Positions 9,801-17,754 of a stretch of DNA of 64,000 nt are shown piece after piece. The notes under the pieces are model-generated. The model made no database searches, was not told where the DNA came from, and saw only the letters and a program-made list of their open reading frames with translations. The first letter of the stretch is position 1. Each line of letters starts with the position of its first letter. The position numbers and the translations under genes are program-made. The stretch is from positions 72,763 through 136,762 of the forward strand of contig CAYXRX010000009.1 in assembly GCA_964467415.1 (NCBI GenBank), read 5' to 3'. Origin of the DNA: an uncultured Chthoniobacterales bacterium. GTDB taxonomy: Bacteria > Verrucomicrobiota > Verrucomicrobiia > Chthoniobacterales > Terrimicrobiaceae.

Positions 9801-9922
9801 GCGAGTTGGACTCGCGCTTCAAGGAGGTGCGCCTCGTGGTCACCGACGCGGGCGACGGCAACACCGCCGATATGGCCGACTGGATCAATGCCGGATTTGT
9901 CACCGGCGGCACCAAGCCGTAA
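6881..9922 (+). CDS. Secreted clan GH-D alpha-galactosidase-like glycoside hydrolase with FN3-like and C-terminal NPCBM domains
   Basis: 1013 aa with a signal peptide (MNLPPLLAACLLAFPAVLASA). The catalytic-region motif FVQIDDGWQ is present. The C-terminal NPCBM-like module carries KGLGVYADSLAVY...LVGIDDS. Confidence 0.85.
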   Translation: MNLPPLLAACLLAFPAVLASAAEPLKIANDFYTVTVDPAGSAFSIRAKGSETDVLPAGKLTGTGGKAEVRQIMDKTFGAGTAIVIAYPDGNRETVSLHPGLPFVLFGLTLHNGGSGPVVLNHVPTVSAKVDLGIPADRIRTLGTGGLLAPAANPGSYAFLAAVDPESRRGVVGGWLTHDRGSGVVFSPAGDGAVRLQAQIDYGRLRIKPGADAVTETFALGFFNDARLGLEAYADAIARVYQIKLPKQPAGFCTWYTDKFSGASDETHIAELAAVAAKELKPFGFDFVQIDDGWQSGIKKNGPKKNFTAHNPAGPYPSGMKSIADKIKLLGLAPGIWFMPFAGTHDDPYFQEHQDWFAKGPDGKPFETAWGGTCLDMTNPAAREHLRGIVQRLAHDWGYKVFKMDGFWTGSATRQVYVNDGYKDDKIGEAGFSNPDVTNVEALRSGVKLIRETAGPGVYLLGCCVSQNMRSFGGSFGLLDGMRVGPDTSGRIGAVQGSRLWFLNGRVWQNDPDCVYVRERTPLAEAQLNASWAAISGQLFYDSDWIPDLPAGRLDILKRCMPAHGQPSRPVDVFENQPAKVWLLTDDRTETRRDVLALYNWSHDQATVSYPLDKTGLPPAGEFVGFDFWANKFVPPFRDRVRADITAQGCRILALRPVSDHPQLLSTSRHVTQGIVDVTEEKWNPASKTLSATSRVVANDPYELRVVVPAGPGSWKAKEIKLAGEDTSAGVTATFQQDGPRIRAKILSPASRDVRWTLSFEPAPVTATPPQPVKGLKAIPEYRSVGLTWEENGADSYRVTRSDGPTFECSGPAFTDTSTKHGSTYRYDVAALGWDGAPSASSSVDVTTPAELKPPAAATPDIHLDAIKPVSMQAGRGPGGINKNCSGKPLILGGKKFEKGLGVYADSLAVYPVPPGATRFVSLVGIDDSQLRDQRSSVVFEVYGDVKEMGEKPVLIGQSPVLSSKTVRSWAFNSELDSRFKEVRLVVTDAGDGNTADMADWINAGFVTGGTKP

Positions 9923-9975
9923 AACATAAGGCTGCGGGCCGGGCGTGAGATGCCCCCGCCTGGGGACGCTAGAGG

Positions 9976-11535
9976 TCAGGAATGCCGCAGGCTTTGAAAT
10001 TCGAAGCTGTCGACGAGTGCGAGCCAGCTGGCCTCGATGATATTGTCGGAGACGCCGATCGTCCCCCAGGTGGAATGCCCGTCGGTGGAGACGATGAGCA
10101 CGCGGGTCCGGGCGGCGGTTCCCCGCGATCCGTCGACGATGCGCACCTTGTAATCGGCGAGCCGGATCTCATCAATCCACTTGTAGAACGGCCGGAGCGC
10201 CTTGCGCAGCGCGGCATCGAGAGCATTTACCGGTCCGTCGCCCTCCTCGACGGTGTATTCCGGCACCCCACCGACCTGCAACTTGACCGTCGCCTCGCAG
10301 GCGGTCGAGCTGTGGAGCACGGACTGGCGGAACGAGCAATGGTATTCCTTGAGGTCGAACAGCGGGCGGTGGCGGCCAAGGGTGCGGCGGATCAGAAGAT
10401 CGAACGAAGCATCGGCGGCCTCGAACTCGTAGCCCTGCACCTCGCTCTCCTTGACCTGGCGCAGGATGGCGGCAACTTCCGGCGCACCCTTCTGAAATTC
10501 AAAACCAAGCTCGTGGGCTTTGGCCAGGATGTTGCTCTGGCCGGACATGTCGGAGACCAGGATGTTCTGGGCGTTGCCGACAAGGGTGGGATCCATGTGC
10601 TCGTAGCTGCTCGCGAGCTTCTGCACGGCATGGACATGGAGACCGCCCTTGTGGGTGAACGCCGACTGCCCGACGTAGGGCGCCCGGATGTCCTGCGGCA
10701 CGTTCGCCAGCTCGTCGACAAACCGCGAGAGCTCGCGCAGACGCGTCAGATCGGGCACGCAGGGGATTTTCAGCTTAACCTGCAGGGTCGGGATGATCGT
10801 CGTCAGGTTGCAGTTGCCGACGCGTTCGCCGTAGCCGTTGACGGTGCCCTGGACCTGGCAGGCTCCCGCGGCCACGGCCGCCAGGGCATTGGCGACGCCC
10901 AGTCCGCAGTCGTTGTGGGTGTGGATGCCAACCGGGCGCCCGAGCGCCGCGATCACTTCCGCCGTGATCCGGCCGATCTCGTCGGGCAGCGAGCCGCCGT
11001 TCGTGTCGCAGAGCACAACGAGGTCGGCTCCGGCATCCTGGGCCGCCCGCAACGTGCTCAGCGAGTAGGCAGGATCATCCTTGTAGCTGTCGAAAAAGTG
11101 CTCCGCATCGTAGAAGACCTCGCGCCCGTGCTGCTTCAGGTGGGCCACGGTATCCGCGATCATCGAGAGGTTCTCATCAGGCGAAACGCCAATCACCTCG
11201 GTGACGTGCAGCAGCCAGGTCTTCCCGACAATCGTCACCACCGGCGTGCCCGCCTCCAGGAGCGTCCGCACCTGAGGGTCGTTCCCGACCGGCACGCCGC
11301 CGCGCCGCGTGCTGCCGAACGCCGCGATCTTCGCGTGTTTCCAGTCCCGCTTGGCCGCCTCCTGAAAAAATGCGACATCGCGCGGATTCGATCCCGGCCA
11401 TCCGCCCTCGATGTAATCCGCACCGAACGAATCCAGCTTCTCGGCCACCCGGATTTTATCGAGCACCGAGAATGAAATGCCCGTGCCCTGCGTGCCGTCG
11501 CGCAGGGTTGTATCGTAGATGGTGACTGGTTTCAT
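9976..11535 (-). CDS. cimA: (R)-citramalate synthase / 2-isopropylmalate synthase family (LeuA type 2) with C-terminal LeuA-dimer regulatory domain
   Basis: ATG at 11535 (MKPVTIYDTTLRDGTQGTGISF...EGGWPGSNPRD). HxH metal-site motifs are present (GIHTHNDCGLGVANAL). It is closest in style to Geobacter-type CimA; a leuA assignment is not excluded. Confidence 0.6.
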   Translation of the reverse strand: MKPVTIYDTTLRDGTQGTGISFSVLDKIRVAEKLDSFGADYIEGGWPGSNPRDVAFFQEAAKRDWKHAKIAAFGSTRRGGVPVGNDPQVRTLLEAGTPVVTIVGKTWLLHVTEVIGVSPDENLSMIADTVAHLKQHGREVFYDAEHFFDSYKDDPAYSLSTLRAAQDAGADLVVLCDTNGGSLPDEIGRITAEVIAALGRPVGIHTHNDCGLGVANALAAVAAGACQVQGTVNGYGERVGNCNLTTIIPTLQVKLKIPCVPDLTRLRELSRFVDELANVPQDIRAPYVGQSAFTHKGGLHVHAVQKLASSYEHMDPTLVGNAQNILVSDMSGQSNILAKAHELGFEFQKGAPEVAAILRQVKESEVQGYEFEAADASFDLLIRRTLGRHRPLFDLKEYHCSFRQSVLHSSTACEATVKLQVGGVPEYTVEEGDGPVNALDAALRKALRPFYKWIDEIRLADYKVRIVDGSRGTAARTRVLIVSTDGHSTWGTIGVSDNIIEASWLALVDSFEFQSLRHS

Positions 11536-11686
11536 GGGAAAAGAACCCATACTCTACGCCGGACAAGCGGCGGGATCAAGACCGGGGAAAGCCCTCCTTG
11601 CACCTGCCCGCATGCGAAGCCTCTTGGTTCAATTTGGATTTTCGGCTGTCCGAAACGGCGGAATTCGGGAATACAATCACCGGCAT

Positions 11687-12694
11687 ATGGCCAGACAATT
11701 CCCTCCCGTCATTCTCGCCGCGGATATCGGCGGCACGAAGTCGCACATCGCCACGTTCAACATCATCGGGAATGCGCTGACGATGGTGCGGAATCAGAAG
11801 TTCTCCAGCACCGCGTATCCGGGATTCAACGCGATGCTGCGCGAGTATCTCGGCCACGACCGGACCCCGATCCTTGCGGCCTGCTTCGGAGTCCCCGGCG
11901 TCGTCAACAACGGCCGCGCAAAGCCGACGAACCTGACGTGGGGTGTGGACGCGGAGGAAATTTCCGACGAACTCAAGATCCCGCATGTCAGCATCCTGAA
12001 TGACCTCGAGGCCAACGCCTACGGGATCGCGCAGCTTCGCCCGGCGGATTTTGCCGTCGTGCAAAAGGGCGCGCCCGATGCCTCGGGTAACCGCTGCGTG
12101 GTCTCCCCGGGCACCGGGCTCGGCGAAGCCGGGCTCTTCTGGGACGGAAAACGTCACCGCGTCTGGGCGTGCGAGGGCGGCCATGCCGATTTTGCCCCGC
12201 GCAACGAAATCGAAATCGCCCTGCTCCAGTTCCTAATGAAGCAATTCGGCCATGTGAGCGCCGAGCGCGTCGTGTCCGGCATGGGATGCGAGAATATTTA
12301 CAAGTTCCTGCGCGAAACCGGCCGTGGAAAGGAACTGCCGGCGGTCGCCGCCGCGATGAAAACCACCGACCCGAACGTCGTTATCTCGAAATATGCGGAG
12401 AGCGGCGAGTGCCCGATGTGCGTCCAGACGCTCGAAATCTTTGTCGGCTGCCTCGGTGCGGAGGCGAGCAACATGGCACTGAAGACAATGGCCACCGGCG
12501 GGGTCTACCTTGGCGGCGGCGTGCCGACAAAAATGCTGAGCCACATCCAGAGCGTGGGGTTCCTCCACGCGTTCAACGACAAGGGCCGGCTCAGCTCGCT
12601 GTTGGAAAACACCCCCGTCATGGTGATCCTCAACGATCAGGCGGCACTTCTCGGGGCCGCCCACTATGCGCTGGAGGGCTCGTCCGCTTCCTAG
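11687..12694 (+). CDS. glk: Glucokinase (Glk family)
   Basis: The ORF starts at 11519; the first ATG is at 11687 ([24 protein letters not shown]). Glk-family motifs are present ([23 protein letters not shown]). Confidence 0.8.
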   Translation: MARQFPPVILAADIGGTKSHIATFNIIGNALTMVRNQKFSSTAYPGFNAMLREYLGHDRTPILAACFGVPGVVNNGRAKPTNLTWGVDAEEISDELKIPHVSILNDLEANAYGIAQLRPADFAVVQKGAPDASGNRCVVSPGTGLGEAGLFWDGKRHRVWACEGGHADFAPRNEIEIALLQFLMKQFGHVSAERVVSGMGCENIYKFLRETGRGKELPAVAAAMKTTDPNVVISKYAESGECPMCVQTLEIFVGCLGAEASNMALKTMATGGVYLGGGVPTKMLSHIQSVGFLHAFNDKGRLSSLLENTPVMVILNDQAALLGAAHYALEGSSAS

Positions 12695-12702
12695 CTGCCC
12701 GG

Positions 12703-12903
12703 ATGACTGCCTGCCCCACCTGCCACAAGAAGGGGGACTGGAAGAACGAGTCCTCCGGACCGTTCTGCTCCGAGCGCTGCAAGGTCATCGACCTCGGTAA
12801 ATGGCTCGGCGAGGAATACCGGATTTCCAGCCCGCTCACCCCGGAATTCTTCGAGGAACTGATGGCGGCTGAGGACAAGACACCCCCGGAGTCGGATGAT
12901 TGA
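12703..12903 (+). CDS. yacG: DNA gyrase inhibitor YacG (zinc finger)
   Basis: 66 aa: [41 protein letters not shown]. This matches the YacG C4 zinc-finger pattern (CPTC...PFCSxRC..IDLGxW). It lies in the tail of an otherwise spurious 244-aa ORF. Confidence 0.75.
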   Translation: MTACPTCHKKGDWKNESSGPFCSERCKVIDLGKWLGEEYRISSPLTPEFFEELMAAEDKTPPESDD

Positions 12904-12986
12904 TCCCGCCCGCCGCCCCGTGTTGCGGGTCGGGAACACTTCTCCTTTACAAATGTCCGGCCGGAGATAGGATTTTCAGTTCGCTT

Positions 12987-13403
12987 ATGTTTATTGTTTT
13001 GCCAGTTCTGATCACATTGCACGTGCTCGTGTGCGTATTGATGGCCCTTGTTGTTCTCATGCAGCGCCCGCGCAGCGAAGGCCTCGGTGCGGCTTTTGGC
13101 GGCGGGGTGACAGACAATATTTTTGGCGCCCAGACGACCCACGTCCTCGCGCGGGCGACCACCTGGCTGGCCGGCGCGTTCTTTGCGCTGACGCTCATCC
13201 TCTCCATCATCACGGCAAAATCCGCCACCGGCAAGACGGCGATTCAGAAGGAACTGCTCAGCGCACCGATCCCGGTCGCCTCAGCCACTCCGACCCCGTC
13301 CGCCTCGCCATCAGCTTCGCTGGCTCCCACCCCCCAGCCTGCAGCCGCGGCAGCGCCTGAGGCTCCCGCCGCACCCACTCCCGCAGCCGCTCCGGCGAAC
13401 TGA
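12987..13403 (+). CDS. secG: Preprotein translocase subunit SecG with Ala/Pro/Ser-rich C-terminal tail
   Basis: ATG at 12987 (MFIVLPVLITLHVLVCVLMALVVLMQRPRSEGLGAAFGGG...). There are two TM helices, then a low-complexity tail of about 55 aa (ATPTPSASPSASLAPTPQPAAAAAPEAPAAPTPAAAPAN). Confidence 0.8.
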   Translation: MFIVLPVLITLHVLVCVLMALVVLMQRPRSEGLGAAFGGGVTDNIFGAQTTHVLARATTWLAGAFFALTLILSIITAKSATGKTAIQKELLSAPIPVASATPTPSASPSASLAPTPQPAAAAAPEAPAAPTPAAAPAN

Positions 13404-13488
13404 CGGAGCCGCCACCCGAGGGGAATGACCCCGATCCACATCTCCTCTGCGGCAGACCTCCGGCTCACCGGGCACCGGTTCCTTTGAT

Positions 13489-14325
13489 ATGAAAACCGTC
13501 ACGACGATTGCCTCGATGCGGGCCTGGCCGAGAAACATCGCGCACCCGGTGGTGCTGGTGCCGACAATGGGCGCCCTCCACAAGGGACACGCCGCCCTAA
13601 TCCGCGCGGCCAGAAAAATTGCCGGACGCCACGGCGCGGTCGTGGTCTCAATTTTTGTCAACCCGATCCAGTTCGGCCCGAAGGAGGATTTCTCCAGCTA
13701 CCCCCGGCCGCTACGGAAAGATATGGCCGTGTGCCGGGCTGCGGGGGCCGATGTGGTTTTTGCGCCCCCGGCGGACCAGATGTATCTGCCCGACCGCTCG
13801 GTCTTCACCGACGAGAGCTCGCTCTCGCAAGCGCTCTGCGGCCGCTCGCGCCCGGGTCATTTTCGCGGGGTCTGCACCGTTGTTGCCAAGCTTTTCCTGA
13901 TCGTCCAGCCGACCCACGCGCTCTTCGGGGAAAAGGATTGGCAGCAACTCGCCATCCTCCGCCGGATGGTCCGGGATCTGAATTTCCCCGTCGAGGTCGT
14001 CGGGCATCCGACGGTGCGCGAGTCTGACGGGCTCGCACTCAGCTCGCGCAACGCCTATCTGACGCCGGCCGAGCGTGCCCTCGCACCCCGCATCCATGAC
14101 GCCCTTTCAGCTGCTGCCGTCCTGAAATCCACCGGTGCCATCCTAAAGGCGGCCACCCGCGGGATCGCGGCGGTACCCGGCGCGCGAATCGACTACATCG
14201 AGGCGGTCGATGCCGAAACGCTCGAACCACTCGCCCGGAAGCGACGGCCCGGTCGCCTTGCGGCGGCCGTCTTCCTCGGACGCGCCCGGCTGATCGACAA
14301 CGTTCCCATCGCTCCCGCCTCATGA
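13489..14325 (+). CDS. panC: Pantoate--beta-alanine ligase
   Basis: 278 aa. The PanC HxGH motif is present (VLVPTMGALHKGHAAL), along with the FGEKDWQQ motif. Confidence 0.9.
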   Translation: MKTVTTIASMRAWPRNIAHPVVLVPTMGALHKGHAALIRAARKIAGRHGAVVVSIFVNPIQFGPKEDFSSYPRPLRKDMAVCRAAGADVVFAPPADQMYLPDRSVFTDESSLSQALCGRSRPGHFRGVCTVVAKLFLIVQPTHALFGEKDWQQLAILRRMVRDLNFPVEVVGHPTVRESDGLALSSRNAYLTPAERALAPRIHDALSAAAVLKSTGAILKAATRGIAAVPGARIDYIEAVDAETLEPLARKRRPGRLAAAVFLGRARLIDNVPIAPAS

Positions 14326-15911
14326 GGGAATTTGATTTCATCGTGATCGGCAGCGGCATTGCCGGCCTCTCGTTTGCGCTGAAGTCCGCCGAGAAGGGAT
14401 CCGTCGCCCTCATCACCAAAAAGGGACGTTCGGACTCCAACACGGCCTGGGCACAGGGCGGCATCGCCTGCGTCACAAGCGATGAGGACTCCCATGAACT
14501 CCACATCCGGGATACGATGGAGGCTGGCGCCGGAATCTGCCACAGCGACGCGGTCCAGGCCGTCGTCACCGAGGGGCCATCCCGCGTCGCTGAGTTGATC
14601 GCGATGGGAATGCATTTCGACCGGCGCGGAACCCAGGTCGACGACGAACTCGACCTGGGTAAAGAAGGCGGGCACTCGAAACGCCGCGTGCTTCACTATC
14701 AGGATTGCACAGGGATGGAAATCGAACGCACCCTGCTCGAACAGGTGGCAAACCACCCGCGCATCGAGGTGATGGAAAACCATATGGCCGTCGACTTCCT
14801 CACAACGGGAAAGCTCGGCTATGCCATGGAAAACAGCTGCGTCGGAGTTTACGTGCTCGACGAAGCGACCGGCGAGGTGGAGACGCTCCGCAGCGATGTC
14901 AACGTGCTCGCCACCGGCGGATGCGGCAAAGTCTACCTCTACACAACCAACCCCGACGTGGCCACCGGGGACGGCGTGGCGATGGCGTGGCGCGCGGGGG
15001 CGACAATCGCCAACATGGAATTCATCCAGTTCCACCCCACATGTCTCTTTCATCCGGAGGTGAAGTCGTTTTTGATTTCCGAGGTCGTGCGCGGCGAAGG
15101 AGGGATCCTCCTGGACGCCCGGGGACGGCGTTTCATGGAGAAACACAACCCGCAAAAGGAGCTGGCACCGCGCGACGTGGTCGCCCGCGCGATAGATGCC
15201 GAAATGAAACGCAGCGGCAGCAAGTGCGTCTTCCTCGATATCACCCACAAGCCATCCGACTTCGTCAAAGGCCGCTTTCCACACATCTACGACACCTGCC
15301 TGCGCAGCGGCATCGATATCACGAAGCAGCCGATCCCCGTGGTCCCCGCCGCCCATTACCAGTGCGGCGGAGTGAAAACCGATCTCAACGGCGAAACCTC
15401 GCTGCGCGGGCTCTACGCGATCGGCGAGGTGGCCTGCACCGGACTTCACGGCGCCAACCGCCTCGCGAGCAACTCGCTCCTCGAGGGGCTCGTGCTCGCC
15501 CACCGCGCATTTGAAAAATCCGTGCGCAACCGCCCGCCGAGGGTCGAATTCGACCTGCCGGAATGGCGGCCGGGACAGGTCCAGGATGTGGACGAACTCG
15601 TGGTTATCTCCCACAACTGGGAGGAAATCCGGCGGCTCATGTGGGACTATGTCGGGATTGTCCGCACCGACAAACGCCTCCAGCGCGCCGCCACACGCCT
15701 TCGGAACCTCCATGCGGAAGTGCAGGAGTTCTACTGGAACTTCAAGATCTCGACCGATCTCCTGGAGCTCCGGAACCTCGTCACCGTCGCCTCCCTCGTT
15801 GTCGACTGCGCGCTCAGCCGCAAGGAAAGCCGCGGTCTTCACTTCACTCTGGACTATCCCGAACGCGACGATCCGAAGTTTCAGCGCGACACCACGATGC
15901 GCCGGACCTGA
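14322..15911 (+). CDS. nadB: L-aspartate oxidase
   Basis: 529 aa. It has the FAD-binding N-terminus (FDFIVIGSGIAGLSFAL) and a fumarate-reductase/succinate-dehydrogenase flavoprotein fold. It overlaps the panC stop by ATGA. Confidence 0.9.
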   Translation: MREFDFIVIGSGIAGLSFALKSAEKGSVALITKKGRSDSNTAWAQGGIACVTSDEDSHELHIRDTMEAGAGICHSDAVQAVVTEGPSRVAELIAMGMHFDRRGTQVDDELDLGKEGGHSKRRVLHYQDCTGMEIERTLLEQVANHPRIEVMENHMAVDFLTTGKLGYAMENSCVGVYVLDEATGEVETLRSDVNVLATGGCGKVYLYTTNPDVATGDGVAMAWRAGATIANMEFIQFHPTCLFHPEVKSFLISEVVRGEGGILLDARGRRFMEKHNPQKELAPRDVVARAIDAEMKRSGSKCVFLDITHKPSDFVKGRFPHIYDTCLRSGIDITKQPIPVVPAAHYQCGGVKTDLNGETSLRGLYAIGEVACTGLHGANRLASNSLLEGLVLAHRAFEKSVRNRPPRVEFDLPEWRPGQVQDVDELVVISHNWEEIRRLMWDYVGIVRTDKRLQRAATRLRNLHAEVQEFYWNFKISTDLLELRNLVTVASLVVDCALSRKESRGLHFTLDYPERDDPKFQRDTTMRRT

Positions 15912-16047
15912 GCCGCCGGAACCGGCCCGGGCTGCACCATGAGTGCCTATCTCCTCCGTGAAAGGCGGAGGAACCATCGCAAAGCCACTTCCAGATTGCT
16001 TTTTGCCCCGCACAGGCGCAGCGTAGGCTCCAGCGTATCGAACAACC

Positions 16048-17022
16048 ATGAGCCAAATCACATCCCTCGACTCCCTCAAACAATTCACGACCGTCGTGGC
16101 AGACACCGGCGACTTCGAATCCATCAGGAAATATACCCCGCAGGACGCCACCACCAACCCGACCCTGATTTTCAAAGCGGTCCAGCAGCCCGAGTATCAG
16201 CGGCTTCTGGAGAAAGTCGTTGCGGACAACAAAGGCAGCACTCTCTCGGGCGGGGCCTTGTGCCGCAAGGTGATCGATGACCTGCTGATCGCCTTCGGAA
16301 GGGAGATCCTGGAAATCGTTCCGGGACGGGTCTCCACGGAGGTCGACGCCCGCCTTTCCTTCGACGTCGAGGCCACCGTGCAGAAGGCCCGCTACCTGAT
16401 CGGCCTCTACGAAAAACAGGGCACGCCGCGCGAACGCGTGCTGATCAAAATCGCGTCGACGTGGGAGGGCATCCGCGCTGCGGAGGTCTGCCAGAAAGAG
16501 GGCATCAACTGCAACCTGACCCTTTTGTTTTCGATGCCCCAGGCGATCGCTTGCGCGGAGGCCGGCGTCCGGCTGATCTCGCCCTTCGTCGGGCGGATTT
16601 ACGACTACTACAAGGCAACCACCGGCAAGGAATTCCATGGTGCCGAGGACCCGGGCGTGCGCTCGGTCAACGCCATTTACAATTACTACAAGAAGTTCGG
16701 ATACGCGACACAGGTCATGGGGGCGAGCTTCCGGAACACCGGGCAAATCCTGGAGCTGGCAGGCTGTGACCTCCTGACCATCAGCCCCGATCTCCTCGAG
16801 GAGCTTCAGAATGCGAGCGCCCCGGTCGAGCGGCGCCTTGACCCCGCAGTTGCAGCAGCTGCGGACATCACCAAGACCGACCTTGATGAGAAGGCCTTCC
16901 GGTGGCTGCTCAACGAGGATGCGATGGGAACCGACAAGCTCGCGGACGGGATCCGCAAGTTTGCCGCAGACATCGTGAAGCTGGAATCGATCGTCGCAAA
17001 ATCCCTCCAAACCCAATCATGA
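16048..17022 (+). CDS. tal: Transaldolase
   Basis: 324 aa. Transaldolase signatures are present ([24 protein letters not shown] with the Schiff-base Lys). Confidence 0.9.
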   Translation: MSQITSLDSLKQFTTVVADTGDFESIRKYTPQDATTNPTLIFKAVQQPEYQRLLEKVVADNKGSTLSGGALCRKVIDDLLIAFGREILEIVPGRVSTEVDARLSFDVEATVQKARYLIGLYEKQGTPRERVLIKIASTWEGIRAAEVCQKEGINCNLTLLFSMPQAIACAEAGVRLISPFVGRIYDYYKATTGKEFHGAEDPGVRSVNAIYNYYKKFGYATQVMGASFRNTGQILELAGCDLLTISPDLLEELQNASAPVERRLDPAVAAAADITKTDLDEKAFRWLLNEDAMGTDKLADGIRKFAADIVKLESIVAKSLQTQS

Positions 17023-17663
17023 AATCACACTTATTCGCATCCCTCCTCGTAGCGGCCGTTGTCTCAACGTCGGGCGCCCTTGCCGCCGATTGCGCCTGTC
17101 AGGTCGGCCAGCCGGAGCATCCGGGCTCTCTTCCGGTCCTTCTCTGCACCGACGCCGTCCGCAAGGAGCTGAACCTGACAAAGGCCCAGGTCGAAAGCCT
17201 CGGAACCATCCGGAACGCCTTCAGGTCTTCCGCCAGGCAGCTCACCGCGCAGGCGCCGGCCACTCCCGCCGCACGGCGCGCAGCCGGAGCGAAACTCGCC
17301 GCATTGAAATCCGATGCCGACGCCGAGGCCCTTGCCGTGCTCACTCCTGCCCAGCGCTCGCGCATCGCGCAGATCGAACATCAGATCCTCGGCGGAACGA
17401 TGCTCCTCTCGCCCGCCGTGCAGAAGAAGCTCAGCCTGACGGCCGCCCAGACCGCGCAGATCAATGCGCTCCAGCAGTCCGGCGAGGACATGACGGCCTC
17501 TGTGAACAAGCGTTTTGAAAATGGCGAAATCAGCCACCAGGAACGCTTGGCAGCCCTCCGGGCCAACCGGATCAAGCTGGCCGGGGCGATGACGAAAATC
17601 CTCAGCCCTGCGCAGCGACAGGCCTTTAAGTCGCTCGCCGGCGTCCCAGCAGCAAAGAAATGA
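17019..17663 (+). CDS. Periplasmic LTXXQ-motif protein (CpxP/Spy-like)
   Basis: ATG at 17019 overlaps the tal stop (ATGA). It has a signal peptide ([24 protein letters not shown]). There are four L(T/S)xxQ repeats (LTKAQ, LTPAQ, LTAAQ, LSPAQ) in a helical Ala/Gln-rich protein. Confidence 0.6.
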   Translation: MKSHLFASLLVAAVVSTSGALAADCACQVGQPEHPGSLPVLLCTDAVRKELNLTKAQVESLGTIRNAFRSSARQLTAQAPATPAARRAAGAKLAALKSDADAEALAVLTPAQRSRIAQIEHQILGGTMLLSPAVQKKLSLTAAQTAQINALQQSGEDMTASVNKRFENGEISHQERLAALRANRIKLAGAMTKILSPAQRQAFKSLAGVPAAKK

Positions 17664-17754
17664 CGGGCGCTGGATCCAGAAAGCGCCCAGCCAGCCAGAC
17701 CGGATAATCCCGCGGATGTGCCGGAGATCGTCGGCCTCCGCAATCTGACTCCCA

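Noticed and set aside
12169-12702. Upstream 178 codons of the 244-aa ORF that ends in yacG
   Set aside because: It is out of frame and overlaps glk. Only the last 66 codons, from ATG 12703, match YacG.
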